From a virus (lineage: Duplodnaviria; Heunggongvirae; Uroviricota; Caudoviricetes), in the IMG/VR virus record IMGVR_UViG_2541047502_000013, positions 1-7,490 of that record: a stretch of 7,490 nucleotides of DNA; one strand, 5' to 3'. The notes beneath the pieces were generated by a model. It did not search any database. It was not told where the DNA came from and saw nothing but the letters and a program-made list of their open reading frames with translations. Every line of letters starts with the position of its first letter. Positions within the stretch are counted from its first letter, which is position 1. The position numbers and the translations under genes were made by a program. This document shows positions 6,796-7,490 of the stretch, piece by piece.

Positions 6796-6824
6796 ACTGA
6801 TTTCTGAATGAAAGGAACTGATTT

Positions 6825-7091
6825 ATGGGATTGTTTACGACCCGCCAGTTACTCGGTTATACCGAACAAAAAGTGAAATTTCGTGCGCTGTTTCTGGAGC
6901 TGTTTTTCCGCCGTACGGTGAATTTCCATACCGAAGAGGTGATGCTGGACAAAATTACCGGAAAAACGCCGGTGGCGGCCTATGTCTCCCCGGTTGTTGA
7001 AGGAAAAGTGCTGCGTCATCGCGGTGGTGAAACCCGCGTGTTACGTCCGGGCTACGTCAAGCCGAAACACGAATTCCCCTGGAGCCGGTAA
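6825..7091 (+). pseudogene. E: Major capsid protein E (lambda gpE-like), 5' fragment only (~83 homologous codons of ~340), truncated by an internal prophage deletion
   Basis: The 88-aa ORF matches the lambda gpE N-terminus (TT.QLL...[33 protein letters not shown]). Homology ends at ~7073, followed by 5 junk codons and a stop. RBS AAGGA at 6812-6816. Confidence 0.85.
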
Positions 7092-7490
7092 AAGGAGCCG
7101 GTACCACCCTGTGGGTTTATAACGGTCAGGGTGACGCCTATGCAAACCCGTTGTCAGACGATGACTGGCAGCGACTGGCTAAGGTGAAGGATCTGACGCC
7201 GGGCGAGATGACGGCAGAATCCTACGATGATAACTACCTGGATGATGAAGACGCGGACTGGACCGCGACCGGGCAGGGGCAGAAATCTGCAGGTGATACC
7301 AGTTTTACGCTGGCCTGGAAACCGGGAGAGGAAGGCCAGAAAGGGCTTATAGGCTGGTTTGAAAGCGGCGATGTCCGGGCCTATAAAATCCGTTTTCCGA
7401 ATGGCACGGTGGATGTGTTTCGTGGCTGGGTCAGCAGTATCGGTAAGGCCGTGACGGCGAAAGAAGTGATCACCCGCACGGTGAAAGTCA
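7085..7490 (+). pseudogene. V: Major tail protein V (lambda gpV-like), 5'-truncated (starts at about codon 9, no start codon), continues beyond the window end
   Basis: The frame-2 translation [85 protein letters not shown]...[37 protein letters not shown] is near-identical by eye to lambda gpV residues ~9-135. There is no ATG/GTG/TTG in frame between the upstream stop (7028-7030) and the start of homology. It was absent from the ORF track because it has no start and runs off the window. Confidence 0.85.

Noticed and set aside
6776-6810. D-E palindrome as a rho-independent terminator
   Set aside because: The stem is strong but the downstream sequence ACTGATTTCTG lacks a proper U-tract, and E immediately downstream should be co-transcribed with D in lambda-like late operons.
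7071-7105. EcoRI (GAATTC, 7071-7076) and KpnI (GGTACC, 7100-7105) sites at the E-V junction as signs of an engineered construct
   Set aside because: The KpnI site lies within native V coding sequence and the EcoRI site is formed by the last E codons. There is no polylinker-like cluster or vector sequence, and chance six-cutter sites are common. Kept only as a caveat.
7085-7490. V fragment expressed from the AAGGAG at 7092-7097
   Set aside because: The AAGGAG is part of the conserved V coding sequence (codons K-G-A). The only downstream in-frame candidates are non-canonical or distant (CTG 7109, TTG 7151, GTG 7184), so there is no convincing start.

Overview
This window is the head-morphogenesis module of a lambda-like (cos-type) prophage, all on the + strand in lambda gene order: terminase large subunit (A), head-tail connector W, portal B, S49-type prohead protease C with a nested Nu3-like scaffold, decoration protein D, then a 5' fragment of major capsid protein E joined directly to the major tail protein V. 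The prophage appears defective through two independent lesions. First, a complete IS110-family insertion sequence (about 1.43 kb, positions ~10-1437, transposase on the - strand) splits the terminase gene. Its ends carry a perfect TTGACA and a perfect TATAAT that would sit exactly 17 bp apart in the excised circle, and it is flanked by a 4-bp direct repeat (AAGT). Second, a deletion at ~7074-7084 removes most of E, all of FI/FII/Z/U and the start of V. The most interesting locus is the ~190-nt structured non-coding left end of the IS (1226-1412, - strand), a candidate bridge (guide) RNA for the 398-aa recombinase. All homology calls are by eye against recalled lambda reference proteins; no searches were run.
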